NCBI GenBank assembly: GCA_035559315.1
Contig: DATMBJ010000161.1
Location: 7,978-47,977 of the forward strand
DNA: 40,000 nt
From: Actinomycetota bacterium
Lineage (GTDB): Bacteria > Actinomycetota > UBA4738 > HRBIN12
Direction of reading: 5' to 3'
How positions within the stretch are numbered: position 1 is the first letter of the stretch; every line of letters begins with the position of its first letter. Positions 7,772-18,341 of this stretch are shown piece by piece. Under the pieces are notes generated by a model that saw only the letters and a program-made list of their open reading frames with translations, had not been told where the DNA came from and ran no database searches. The position numbers and the translations under genes were made by a program.

Positions 7772-8605
7772 TCAGCGTCCCACCAGCGTCGCCGGCGCGT
7801 GGCGGGCCAGCTTGTCGCTGACCGAGCCGATCGCGCGGCGAAGGCCCCCCAGGCCGCGCGACCCGACGACGACGAGGTCGGCGCCGATCGCGCGCGCCTC
7901 GGACAGCAACGCGCTGGCCGGCGGACCGGCCAGGAGTCCGACCTCGACGGAGAAGCCGGAGCCGCGGAGGATCGCGGCGGTTCGCTCCGCGGCGGATCGC
8001 GCCTCGGGGGCGGCGAGGGCGTCCCCGCGCTCGGCGGCCGTGGGAACCGGGATCCCCTCGGGCCGGTGGACGGAGACCACGCGGACGGTGCAGCTCGCCG
8101 GGTCAGCGAGCTCCGCGAACGTCCGCGCCGCCCCCTCCGCCGCTTCGGACCCATCGGTCGCCACGAGCACCTGGATGCCCCGGTCTCGGGCCGTCCGGTG
8201 GACGACGAGCACGGGGCAGGGCGCGTGGAGCAACACCTCGTGGGCGGTGCTCCCGAGCAGGAGGATCTCGAGCCATCGCTCCCGGCCGACGCCGACCGCG
8301 ACGAGATCGGCCCGCTCGGCGGCGGCCAGGATCTCGGTCGCGGGATGGCCCTCCACGACCTCCGCCGACGCATCGTGGCCGGCGTCGCGGAGGCTCGCCG
8401 CCGCCGCCTCGGCGATGACTCGGGCCCGCTCGAGCGCCGCGGCCTCGTCGTAGCGGCCGGTCTGCTCCGCGAGGGCCAGCGCGAGGTCGAAGCTGGCGAC
8501 GGTGAGCACCCGGAAGCGGACCGCGCCCCGTCGGGCGAGCGCAGCGAGGAGGCGGACGGCCGCCTCGGACGCGGGCGAGCCGTCGGACGCGACCAGGACG
8601 TTCAT
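7772..8605 (-). CDS. Universal stress protein, tandem USP domains
   Basis: There are two USP modules: MNVLVASDGSPASEAAV...LLLGSTAHEVLLHAPCPVLVV and IQVLVATDGSEAAEGA...VVVGSRGLGGLRRAIGSVSDKLARHAPATLV. ATG 8603-8605 overlaps the TerC stop (ATGA). The longer 7772-10099 ORF is a shadow extension. Confidence 0.85.
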   Translation of the reverse strand: MNVLVASDGSPASEAAVRLLAALARRGAVRFRVLTVASFDLALALAEQTGRYDEAAALERARVIAEAAAASLRDAGHDASAEVVEGHPATEILAAAERADLVAVGVGRERWLEILLLGSTAHEVLLHAPCPVLVVHRTARDRGIQVLVATDGSEAAEGAARTFAELADPASCTVRVVSVHRPEGIPVPTAAERGDALAAPEARSAAERTAAILRGSGFSVEVGLLAGPPASALLSEARAIGADLVVVGSRGLGGLRRAIGSVSDKLARHAPATLVGR

Positions 8606-9579
8606 CGGTGGGAGGGATCCCCCCGGGGCGGGGTGGGCTGTGCCCGGCGGGCCGCCTCGGCGACCTGGGGCGGGGCGGTCCGGAGGAGCGAGAGCGCGAC
8701 GGCGGCGCCGATCACGACCGCGATCACGGTGAGCGAGGCCCAGATCGGCACCTCGTACACGTCGCTCACGAGCATCTTGATGCCCACGTAGACGAGGATC
8801 ACGGAGAGCCCGTACTTCAGGTAGACGAAGCGCTTGATCATGCCGGCGAGCATGAAGTAGAGGGCCCGCAGGCCGAGGATCGCGAACGCGTTCGAGGAGA
8901 ACACGATGAACGGGTCCCGGGTCACGGCGAAGATGGCCGGGATGGAGTCGATGGCGAACACGATGTCCGTGGTCTCGACGAGGACGAGGACCGCCATGAG
9001 CGGGGTGGCCATGAGCCGTCCGTGCTCGCGCACCACGAATCGCTGACCTCGGTAGGCGGGCGTCATGGGCACGATCCTCCGGAACGCCCGCAGGACGGGG
9101 TTCCGCTCCGGGTGGATCTCCTCGTGGCGGTGGAGGGCCATCCGGACCCCGGTGATCACGAGGAGCCCACCGAAGACGAAGATCGCCCAGTGGAAGCGCT
9201 CCAGGAACGCCACGCCTGCCGCGATGAAGATGGCCCGGAACACGAGGGCGCCGAGGATGCCCCAGAACAGGACCCGGTGCTGGTACTTGGCGGGGACCGC
9301 GAAGTAGGTGAAGAGCAGGGCGAACACGAAGATGTTGTCCACCGACAGGCTCTTCTCGATCAGGTACCCCGCCAGGTACTCGCCGCCGGCGACCGGTCCC
9401 ATCCACAGGAACACGACGCCGCCGAAGGCGAGTCCCAGGGCGATCCAGAAGCCGCTGAACAGGGTGGCCTCTCGGAACGAAACCTCGTGGGCCTCGCGGT
9501 GGAAGACGAACAGGTCGAGGGCGAGCAGGATCAAGATGAGCGCGACGAAGGCCACCCAGACCCAGGCGTCGACCGCCAC
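8602..9579 (-). CDS. TerC family integral membrane protein
   Basis: YLIEKSLSVDNIFVFALLF and DIVFAIDSIPAIFAVT are the paired TerC signatures. The gene sits 3 nt downstream of the preceding gene. Confidence 0.85.
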   Translation of the reverse strand: MAVDAWVWVAFVALILILLALDLFVFHREAHEVSFREATLFSGFWIALGLAFGGVVFLWMGPVAGGEYLAGYLIEKSLSVDNIFVFALLFTYFAVPAKYQHRVLFWGILGALVFRAIFIAAGVAFLERFHWAIFVFGGLLVITGVRMALHRHEEIHPERNPVLRAFRRIVPMTPAYRGQRFVVREHGRLMATPLMAVLVLVETTDIVFAIDSIPAIFAVTRDPFIVFSSNAFAILGLRALYFMLAGMIKRFVYLKYGLSVILVYVGIKMLVSDVYEVPIWASLTVIAVVIGAAVALSLLRTAPPQVAEAARRAQPTPPRGDPSHR

Positions 9580-9582
9580 CGC

Positions 9583-10926
9583 TCACCGACCCCCTGGGGG
9601 CTCGGCGGGGCTCCGTCGGCCCTCGTCCGACCCCGCCGGGGCGAAGGCGAGCCCCGCGCGGAGGAGGTTGGAGAGGCGTCCCCGGTCCCGGACCAGGACC
9701 GCCGCCCCGAGAGCCAGGTACGCGGCGGAGACGGCCAGCCGTTCGAGTCCGTGGAGCCGCTCCGGGAGCACGGCGCCGAGGAGGAACTGGGCCCAGAAGA
9801 GCCCGAACAGGGCCGCCGCCTCGAGCTCCGAGATGGAGAGGTTGGCCAGCACCGCGACGGCCAGGAACGACTGCGCTCCGGTGAGCAGGATCTCCTCGCG
9901 CTGGACGACGTCGATGGGGAGCCCGTGGGTGCTCCCCGAAGCCAAGGCGAACACGATCGGGAGCGTCCCGACGAGCAGCGTCCACTGGTTCACCTTGGAC
10001 GAGACGAGGGTCCCGAGCCCCGAGTCGGTGTTCAGCCGCCAGGCGAAGAGGGTGGCCACGAGCAGCTCCGGCGCCTCCGAGGCGAGCGGGGCGAGCCACT
10101 GCACGAGCAGGAACTCACTGATCCCGAGCGCCTCGCCGGTGCCCACCAGGGCCTCGGCGAACCGCTCCGCGACGAGGACGATCACGAGGCCCGAGAGGAC
10201 GAACAGGCCGGCCACGGATGCCCGGCGCCCGGCGGTGGTGAACGTGCCGAGGTACCGGGCCGGGCCGACCAGGTGGGGCTCCTCCGCCGGCGCCCTCGCC
10301 ACGCGGTAGGTGTACGCGGCGAAGATGCCCACGAGGACCGCGGCGTCGACGAGCGTGACCGACCGCTTCAGCGGGAGCAGGAGCGAGTAGGCCGTGGCCA
10401 GGGCGAGGTAGGAGAGCTCGACCGCGTGCGGGCGGGAGAGGGCGATCCCCGAGGTCGGGCGAGCCGCCCGGCGCGAGCGGTACCAGGCGATGAAGACCAC
10501 GAGCGACCACCCGACGCCGATCAGGAGCCGGTTGGCCCCGGTCATGTTGGCGAGCGCGAGCGAGCAGTTCGACTCCCGGGCCACCCCGGCCGCCTTGCAC
10601 GCTTCCCCGTACAGCTGGAAGTCGTTCCCGCCCTTCCGGGCGAACACGAAGTCGACGGCGTACTCCGGGAGCACGGCGATGAGGGCCAGGAGGGCGATGG
10701 CCAGGCCCGCCGAGATGTCGAGCTGGGCCACCTCCGCCGCCCACGAGAGGAGGAAGGCGGCGCCCACGATGGCGAGGCCGAACAGGAGGGCGGCGAGGGG
10801 GTCCGAGACGTGCGCCCGGCTGAGCCGGAGCACGACCCCCGGCACGGCGGCCGCCAGGGCGAGGGCGATCGCCGCCCGCGCCCTGGCCGGATGGGCGTCG
10901 AGCAGCTCCTCGCGGAGCTCGGTCAA
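9583..10926 (-). CDS. CaCA-superfamily (Na+/Ca2+ exchanger-like) cation antiporter membrane protein
   Basis: Polytopic protein with two alpha-repeat-like segments, LIAVLPEYAVDFVFA and LAPLASEAPELLVATLFA. TTG start at 10926 is preceded by GGAGGAGGAGAGG. The family call comes from motif recollection only. Confidence 0.5.
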   Translation of the reverse strand: MTELREELLDAHPARARAAIALALAAAVPGVVLRLSRAHVSDPLAALLFGLAIVGAAFLLSWAAEVAQLDISAGLAIALLALIAVLPEYAVDFVFARKGGNDFQLYGEACKAAGVARESNCSLALANMTGANRLLIGVGWSLVVFIAWYRSRRAARPTSGIALSRPHAVELSYLALATAYSLLLPLKRSVTLVDAAVLVGIFAAYTYRVARAPAEEPHLVGPARYLGTFTTAGRRASVAGLFVLSGLVIVLVAERFAEALVGTGEALGISEFLLVQWLAPLASEAPELLVATLFAWRLNTDSGLGTLVSSKVNQWTLLVGTLPIVFALASGSTHGLPIDVVQREEILLTGAQSFLAVAVLANLSISELEAAALFGLFWAQFLLGAVLPERLHGLERLAVSAAYLALGAAVLVRDRGRLSNLLRAGLAFAPAGSDEGRRSPAEPPGGR

Positions 10927-10927
10927 C

Positions 10928-10982
10928 GGGCGGCCCTCTCCTCCTCCACGCCTCGGCGCAACGCTACCAGAGCCGGCCGCCC
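10928..10982 (-). other. Hairpin spanning the LCP-antiporter intergenic gap and the antiporter SD
   Basis: GGGCGGCC (10928-10935) pairs with GGCCGCCC (10975-10982). CTCT (10936-10939) pairs with AGAG (10969-10972) across a 2-nt bulge. The loop and stem contain the complement of the GGAGGAGGAGAGG SD. Confidence 0.3.
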
Positions 10983-10986
10983 CGCC

Positions 10987-11946
10987 CTACCCGAGCTCCG
11001 GGGAGGGGGGCACGTTGGCCTTCGAGACGAACCCGTCGTCGGCCATGTCCCGGTAGATCGCGACCGCCGCGCTCGAGAGGAACACGACGCTCTGCCCGCC
11101 CTCCATCCCCGTGGAGCCCGGGACCACCATGTTCTCCACCCGCTTGGGGTTGATGCGGGAGGCGGTGAACGCGAGGTCCAGGACCTCCCCGATCCCGAGG
11201 TCGGTCTGGACGTGGCGGAGGCCGGCCGCCACCCAGGTCAGGAGCCGGCTGGGGTCCTTCGAGAACTCCTTCCGGAACTGGGCGAGGGCGGCGAGGATGA
11301 GCCGTCCCTGGTTCTCGGAGCGTCCGAAGTCCCCCGAGGCCAGGCTGTGGCGATCCCGGGCGAAGGCCAACGCGTCGGCGCCGTCGAGCCGCTGGACGCC
11401 GGGCTCGAAGTTCGTCCGTGCGTAGGGGTCGGACATCGGGAACGGGACGTCCACCACGAGCCCGCCGACGTCGTTCACCATCGCCTGGAAGCCCTCGAAC
11501 GACGTGAGGGCCCAGTAGTCGACCGTGATCCCGGTGAGCGCCTCCACCGTGGCGACGACGGCGTCCGGCCCCCCGTAGACCATCGAGGCGTTGATCTTGT
11601 CCGTGCCGTACCCGGGGATCTCGACCCAGGAGTCGCGGGGGAAGCCGAGGACCGACGCCCGGCCCTTCGCGGGGTCGATCCCGACCAGGTGGATCGAGTC
11701 CGCCCGTTCCCGGTCCACGGCCTGGCCGGGCCGGGCGTCGCTCCCGATGAACACGACGAAGATCGGCTCGCTCCCGTCGAGGACCGGCGTGAACTCGGCG
11801 TGGGCCCGCCCGACCTGGAGGAACGCAGGGGCCGCGGCCGCGCGCGGCCCCGAGGGAGCCGCGCCCAGCGAGGCCCCGGCCACCCAGGCCAGGAGCCCGG
11901 CGAGCCCGAGGGCCACGGCCCGCTTCCCCACCGCGGCGGGCCTCAC
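10987..11946 (-). CDS. LytR-CpsA-Psr (LCP) family cell-envelope phosphotransferase
   Basis: N-terminal anchor AVALGLAGLLAWVAGASLG. LCP core motifs are VVFIGSDARPG, RADSIHLVGIDP, FPRDSWVEIPGYGTDKINA and DALAFARDRHSLASGDFGRSENQ. GTG 11944-11946 overlaps the upstream stop (GTGA). Confidence 0.85.
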   Translation of the reverse strand: MRPAAVGKRAVALGLAGLLAWVAGASLGAAPSGPRAAAAPAFLQVGRAHAEFTPVLDGSEPIFVVFIGSDARPGQAVDRERADSIHLVGIDPAKGRASVLGFPRDSWVEIPGYGTDKINASMVYGGPDAVVATVEALTGITVDYWALTSFEGFQAMVNDVGGLVVDVPFPMSDPYARTNFEPGVQRLDGADALAFARDRHSLASGDFGRSENQGRLILAALAQFRKEFSKDPSRLLTWVAAGLRHVQTDLGIGEVLDLAFTASRINPKRVENMVVPGSTGMEGGQSVVFLSSAAVAIYRDMADDGFVSKANVPPSPELG

Positions 11947-12680
11947 GTCGCGGCCTCCGACGGCGATGCGCTCGGCCCGGCCACCGGCCGCTCGCGGTCG
12001 GCCCGTTCGACGTCGTAGGAGGAGATCCGCCACGCGCCGCCGTCCTTCCGCAGGAAGAACTGGCCGGTCGAGACCAGGGCCGTGGCCGCCCCGTCCTCCC
12101 CCCGCGCCTCGGCGGTGAACCGGACGATCGCGACGACCAGGACCGGATGCCCGCGATCGTCGAGCAGGACCTTGGCCGCGAGCCGGCCCTGGACCGGGAG
12201 GACCTCCCCGAGCGCGGGCCCCGACGACCCTGCCGTGAGCACCTCGACGTCCTCCTCGGCCGCGGCCCGGGCCCCCTCCTCGAAGAGCTCCCAGGCCTCC
12301 GCGTACGAGGCCTCCCGCCGGTTCACGGGGTCGAGGAACGCCGCGACGTAGAGGTCGGTGAGGACCCGGCCCGCGGCCCGGGCGGCCGCCTCGGCCTGGG
12401 ACCGGAACGCGGTGGCCTTGGCGTCGGTCGTGGGCACGGCCACGGCCCGGCGCAGCTCGAACTCGAACCGCGGGATCTGGTCGGAGGGGCCCTCGCCTCC
12501 GCCGGGGAGAGAGGCCCGGCCCCCGAGGGCCAGGAAGCCCGCGACCGCCACCGCCAGGGTGACGGCGGCGCCCACCGCTACCCCGACGGTGGGGAAGCGC
12601 CTCCCGTTCGCGCGATGCCTCCCGGTGGCCAAAACGCCGCAGAGGGTAGCGGGCCGCGCGGCCGGCTCCAACGTTGCCAC
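11943..12680 (-). CDS. Hypothetical membrane-anchored protein (single N-terminal TM, extracytoplasmic alpha/beta domain)
   Basis: The ORF has a real-gene composition and the TM segment VGVAVGAAVTLAVAVAGFLAL. It is translationally coupled to the LCP gene. I recognise no family, and the start is uncertain. Confidence 0.5.
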   Translation of the reverse strand: MATLEPAARPATLCGVLATGRHRANGRRFPTVGVAVGAAVTLAVAVAGFLALGGRASLPGGGEGPSDQIPRFEFELRRAVAVPTTDAKATAFRSQAEAAARAAGRVLTDLYVAAFLDPVNRREASYAEAWELFEEGARAAAEEDVEVLTAGSSGPALGEVLPVQGRLAAKVLLDDRGHPVLVVAIVRFTAEARGEDGAATALVSTGQFFLRKDGGAWRISSYDVERADRERPVAGPSASPSEAAT

Positions 12681-12799
12681 CGGCCGGGGGGCCGGGCAAG
12701 CACCCTTGCTCCGAGGGAGCGATGCCCAACCCCCACCGGTTCGGCGTTCGCCGGGACCGGGCTGGGGCGGGGGGGTAGGATACGGGCGTTCCGTGGGGC

Positions 12800-14212
12800 G
12801 TGCCGGGAAGCCTGGTCGGCGTGGAGGTGGACGACGTGCCGCACGCCGACAGGACGAGCGAACGGACGGGGGCTCGGCGGACCTGGGCCCAGGGCGACGG
12901 CCCGGTGCGCCGGCGCCTGGTCCGGCCCCTCCAGGCGTTCCTGCAGGAGGAGTCCGCGGGCGGCGTCCTGCTGCTCGCGGCGGCGGTGGCGGCCCTCGCC
13001 TGGGCCAACTCCCCGTGGGGCGCGACCTACGAGCGGATCTGGCACACGGAGCTCTCGATCCGGCTCGGCCGATGGGCGATCTCGGAGGACCTCCGCCACT
13101 GGGTGAACGACGCCCTGATGTCGCTGTTCTTCCTGGTGGTGGGCCTCGAGATCAAGCGCGAGCTCGTGACGGGGGAGCTCCGGGATGCGCGGGCGGCGGC
13201 GCTCCCGGCGATCGCCGCCCTGGGCGGGATGGTGGTCCCGGCCCTCATCTACCTGGCGCTCAACCCGAGCGGGGAGGCCGCCCGCGGTTGGGGGATCCCG
13301 ATGGCCACCGACATCGCGTTCGCCGTCGGGGTGCTCACGCTCGCGGCGAGCGTGGCCCCGCCGGGCCTGAAGCCGTTCCTCCTGGCCCTGGCCATCGTGG
13401 ACGACATCGGCGCGATCGTGGTCATCGCGGTCTTCTACTCCGGCGGGGTGGCCTGGGCCCCGCTCGCGGTTGCGGCCGGCCTGTGCGTGCTGATCGCCGC
13501 GGCGTGGCGGTCGGGGGTGCGGTCGGCGCCGGTGCACGTCGCGCTCGGGGCGCTCCTGTGGATCGCCGTGTACGCGTCGGGGGTCCACCCGACGATCGCG
13601 GGGGTGGCGATGGGGCTGCTCACGCCGGCCGTCGCGTTCGAGCGGCCCCGTACGGTGAGCCGCGAGGCCCACCGGGTGGCCGAGGAGACCTCGGACCAGC
13701 CCTGGCCCCCCGACGTCGACGCGCCGCAGTGGCTCGAGCTGGCGCGGCTCGCGCGGGAGGCGGTGTCCCCGCTCGCCCGGCTGGAGGCGACCCTCCACCC
13801 CTGGACGAGCTTCGTCGTGGTGCCGGTCTTCGCCCTGGCCAACGCCGGGGTGCGGCTCTCGGGCGAGGCGCTCCGCGGGGCCCTCGCCAGCCGGGTGACG
13901 CTCGGCGTGCTCCTGGGCCTCGTGGTGGGGAAGACCGTGGGGATCAGCGTCGCGACCCTCGGGGCGGCCCGACTGCGCCTGGCCTCGCTGCCCACGGGGG
14001 CGGATCGCTCGGACGTGGTGGGGACCGCGGCGGTGGCCGGCATCGGTTTCACGGTGTCCCTCTTCATCACGGAGCTGGCGTTCGCGGACCGCGCGCTGGT
14101 GGACGAGGCGAAGGTGGGGATCCTCGCCGCCTCCGTCGTGGCGGGAGCGCTCGGCTTCGCCCTCCTCTCCATCACCCGGGCCCGGGCCGCGTCCCCGTCC
14201 GGCGAGCTATGA
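12800..14212 (+). CDS. nhaA: Na+/H+ antiporter NhaA
   Basis: HWVNDALMSLFFLVVGLEIKRE, GWGIPMATDIAFAVGVL and LALAIVDDIGAIVVIAVFY (the DD pair) are NhaA hallmarks. The N-terminal start (GTG 12800) is uncertain. Confidence 0.9.
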   Translation: MPGSLVGVEVDDVPHADRTSERTGARRTWAQGDGPVRRRLVRPLQAFLQEESAGGVLLLAAAVAALAWANSPWGATYERIWHTELSIRLGRWAISEDLRHWVNDALMSLFFLVVGLEIKRELVTGELRDARAAALPAIAALGGMVVPALIYLALNPSGEAARGWGIPMATDIAFAVGVLTLAASVAPPGLKPFLLALAIVDDIGAIVVIAVFYSGGVAWAPLAVAAGLCVLIAAAWRSGVRSAPVHVALGALLWIAVYASGVHPTIAGVAMGLLTPAVAFERPRTVSREAHRVAEETSDQPWPPDVDAPQWLELARLAREAVSPLARLEATLHPWTSFVVVPVFALANAGVRLSGEALRGALASRVTLGVLLGLVVGKTVGISVATLGAARLRLASLPTGADRSDVVGTAAVAGIGFTVSLFITELAFADRALVDEAKVGILAASVVAGALGFALLSITRARAASPSGEL

Positions 14213-14263
14213 TGGGCCTCCCGCGGGCACGTCGCCCCTGACCTGCGACTTCGAGGAGGCTCC

Positions 14264-16519
<2,256 letters not shown>

Positions 16520-16523
16520 GGGC

Positions 16524-16886
16524 ATGGTCGCCCGGCTCCGGCGCTTCCTGCACCGGCTCACGGAGTCCGACGAGGAACGCCTGGCCGAGGAGATCCGGGC
16601 CTGGGCGGCCACCGTCCCCGACGCCGTCCCCATCGCCTACGCGCCCCTCCGGAAGCGGGTGAAGATCGCCGGGGTCGTGAAGCGGATCACGGTCCGGCCG
16701 GTCGAGGGGTTCGAGTCGCTCGAGGCCCTGATCACCGACGGGACCGGCGAGCTGGCGGTGGTGTGGATGGGCCGACGCCAGATCCCGGGCCTCACCCTGG
16801 GGACCCGGGTGGTCGTGGAGGGCGTGGTCGGCGAACAACGCGGAGCGCGGAAGATGGTGAACCCGAGCTTCGAGTTCGCGGCCTGA
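16524..16886 (+). CDS. OB-fold nucleic-acid-binding domain protein (actinobacterial trkA-neighbour family)
   Basis: The 120-aa protein has VKIAGVVKRITVRPVEGFESLEALITDGTGELAVVWMGRRQIPGL..G..VVVEGVVG, which fits an OB barrel pattern. It shows conserved synteny next to trkA genes. Confidence 0.6.
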   Translation: MVARLRRFLHRLTESDEERLAEEIRAWAATVPDAVPIAYAPLRKRVKIAGVVKRITVRPVEGFESLEALITDGTGELAVVWMGRRQIPGLTLGTRVVVEGVVGEQRGARKMVNPSFEFAA

Positions 16887-16896
16887 GCGGGGCCGC

Positions 16897-17613
16897 TCAG
16901 ATCGAGGCGGCCCCCTCCGTCCGGTCGGGGGGAGCGGCCCCCGGGACGCCCTCCCCGACCACGGCCAGGCGGAGGGCGGCCTCGCTCTCCGGCGCGGCCA
17001 GCGCGACCACCTCGTCCCCCGCGACGAGCACGGTCTCCGGCTGGGGGATCACGACGTGGCCCTCGCGCAGGATCGCGACGATCGCGGAGTCGGGCGGCAG
17101 GCGGAGCTCGTAGAGGGGCCGGCCCACGTTCGGGGACTCCTCGGGGAGCGTCATCTCGACGATCGCGATCCGGCCGCCCTCCAGGCGGATCAGGCGGACC
17201 AGGTCGCCCACGGTCACCGCCTCCTCGACCAGGGCCGTGAGGATGTGGGGGGGCGAGACGGCCGCGTCCACCCCCCACTGCTCGTTGAACAGCCACTCGT
17301 TCCGGGGGTGGTTGACCCGGGCCAGCACCCGGGGCACGCCGAACTCCTGCTTCGCGAGGAGGGAGGTCACGAGGTTGTCCTCGTCGTCGCCGGTCGCCGC
17401 GACGAGGACGTCGGCCGTGGACAGGTCGGCCTTCTCGAGGACCCACGGTTCGCAGGCGTCGCCGAGCACCACGCTGACCCCCGGGGCGATGGCCTGGAGC
17501 CGCTCGGCCGTGGCCCGGTCCTGTTCGATCACCGTGACCTGGTGGCCGCGCTCGGCGAGGTCGATCGCGAGGTGCCGGCCCACCGCGCCGCCGCCGCTGA
17601 TCACGACCCGCAT
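16897..17613 (-). CDS. trkA: TrkA-family K+ transport regulatory protein (RCK: TrkA_N + TrkA_C)
   Basis: MRVVISGGGAVGRHLAIDLAERGHQVTVIEQD is a Rossmann GxGxxG motif. The C-terminal TrkA_C-like region is GRPLYELRLPPDSAIVAILREGHVVIP. Confidence 0.88.
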   Translation of the reverse strand: MRVVISGGGAVGRHLAIDLAERGHQVTVIEQDRATAERLQAIAPGVSVVLGDACEPWVLEKADLSTADVLVAATGDDEDNLVTSLLAKQEFGVPRVLARVNHPRNEWLFNEQWGVDAAVSPPHILTALVEEAVTVGDLVRLIRLEGGRIAIVEMTLPEESPNVGRPLYELRLPPDSAIVAILREGHVVIPQPETVLVAGDEVVALAAPESEAALRLAVVGEGVPGAAPPDRTEGAASI

Positions 17614-17625
17614 CGCCGTCCCCCG

Positions 17626-18285
17626 TCAGTGCTCGGCCGGGGCCTCGAGCAGCTCATCGAGGAGCTCCAGGGCCTCCCGGTGGACGAAGAGCTGGGCGTG
17701 GTCGCCCTCCTGGAACGTGCTCGAGGGCACCGGGATGAACCCCTGCCCGCCGCGGTCCACGCCGCCCACCAGGATCTTCCCGGGGACCTGGAGCGCGCTC
17801 ACCGGCTTGCCGACGAGGTGCGGGGGCACCGCCACCCGCATCCGGAACAGCTCGCCGCCGGCGAGGGTCTCCTTGATCTCCTCCCGGGCGTGGAACAGCA
17901 TCGCCATGATCTGCTTCACCGCCCAGCGCACGCTCGCCACCGTGGGGATGTTCAGCCGCTCGTAGATCTCGGCCCGGCGGGGGTCGAAGATCCGGGCGAT
18001 CACCACCGGCACGTGGTAGTGCTCCCGCGCCACGCGGGCCGACACGATGTTGGAGTTGTCGCCGCTCGAGACCGCCACGAAGGCGTCGGCGTCCTTGATC
18101 CCCGCCTCCTCGAGCACCTCGGGGTCGAAGCCGATCCCGACGACGGTCCGGGCCTCGAAGCCCGGCGGGAGCCGCTCGAACGCCTCGGGCCGTTTGTCGA
18201 TGATGGAGACCTCGTGGCCGGCCTTGGCCAGCTCCACCGTGAGGAGGGAGCCGACCCGTCCGCAGCCCATGATGACGACCCGCAC
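17626..18285 (-). CDS. trkA: TrkA-family K+ transport regulatory protein (RCK)
   Basis: GTG start. VRVVIMGCGRVGSLLTVELAKAGHEVSIIDKR is the Rossmann motif, followed by a TrkA_C-like C-terminus. The gap to the second trkA is 12 nt. Confidence 0.88.
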   Translation of the reverse strand: MRVVIMGCGRVGSLLTVELAKAGHEVSIIDKRPEAFERLPPGFEARTVVGIGFDPEVLEEAGIKDADAFVAVSSGDNSNIVSARVAREHYHVPVVIARIFDPRRAEIYERLNIPTVASVRWAVKQIMAMLFHAREEIKETLAGGELFRMRVAVPPHLVGKPVSALQVPGKILVGGVDRGGQGFIPVPSSTFQEGDHAQLFVHREALELLDELLEAPAEH

Positions 18286-18290
18286 GAGCG

Positions 18291-18301
18291 GTTAGCCTAA
18301 C
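18291..18301. promoter_or_regulatory. AT-richer perfect palindrome GTTAG-C-CTAAC in the trkA / APC-permease divergent gap
   Basis: This is the only AT-rich patch in the 56-nt divergent intergenic region. It contains TANNNT-type -10-like hexamers on both strands (TAGCCT / TAGGCT), the minus-strand one 8 nt from the trkA GTG. Confidence 0.3.
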
Positions 18302-18341
18302 GCGTGGGGGGACGGGGCGCGGTGCCTCGACCCGGCAACCG

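Noticed and set aside
3159-8453. Very long ORFs in alternative frames or strands: 3159-8453 (+), 2482-5391 (-), 5401-8373 (-), 8608-12018 (+), 14207-16633 (-), 18297-20654 (-), 20648-22927 (-), 24821-27097 (-), 27397-29865 (-), 30475-32970 (-) and others.
   Set aside because: Their translations are monotonous R/G/P/A/D/E low-complexity strings with no recognisable motifs. Each overlaps a gene with clear family signatures in another frame. This is the expected stop-codon-poor shadow ORF artefact of very GC-rich DNA.
9580-9600. Expected a yybP-ykoY Mn2+ riboswitch upstream of the TerC gene.
   Set aside because: Only 3 nt separate TerC from the preceding antiporter gene, so there is no room for a leader. 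The 60-nt gap further upstream (10927-10986) is too short and shows no riboswitch-like conserved core that I recognise.
12681-12799. The 119-nt divergent gap upstream of nhaA was checked for a tRNA, small RNA or promoter (TAGGAT at 12776-12781).
   Set aside because: There is no tRNA-like cloverleaf or T-loop motif. The -10-like hexamer lacks a properly spaced -35 and is a single weak match.
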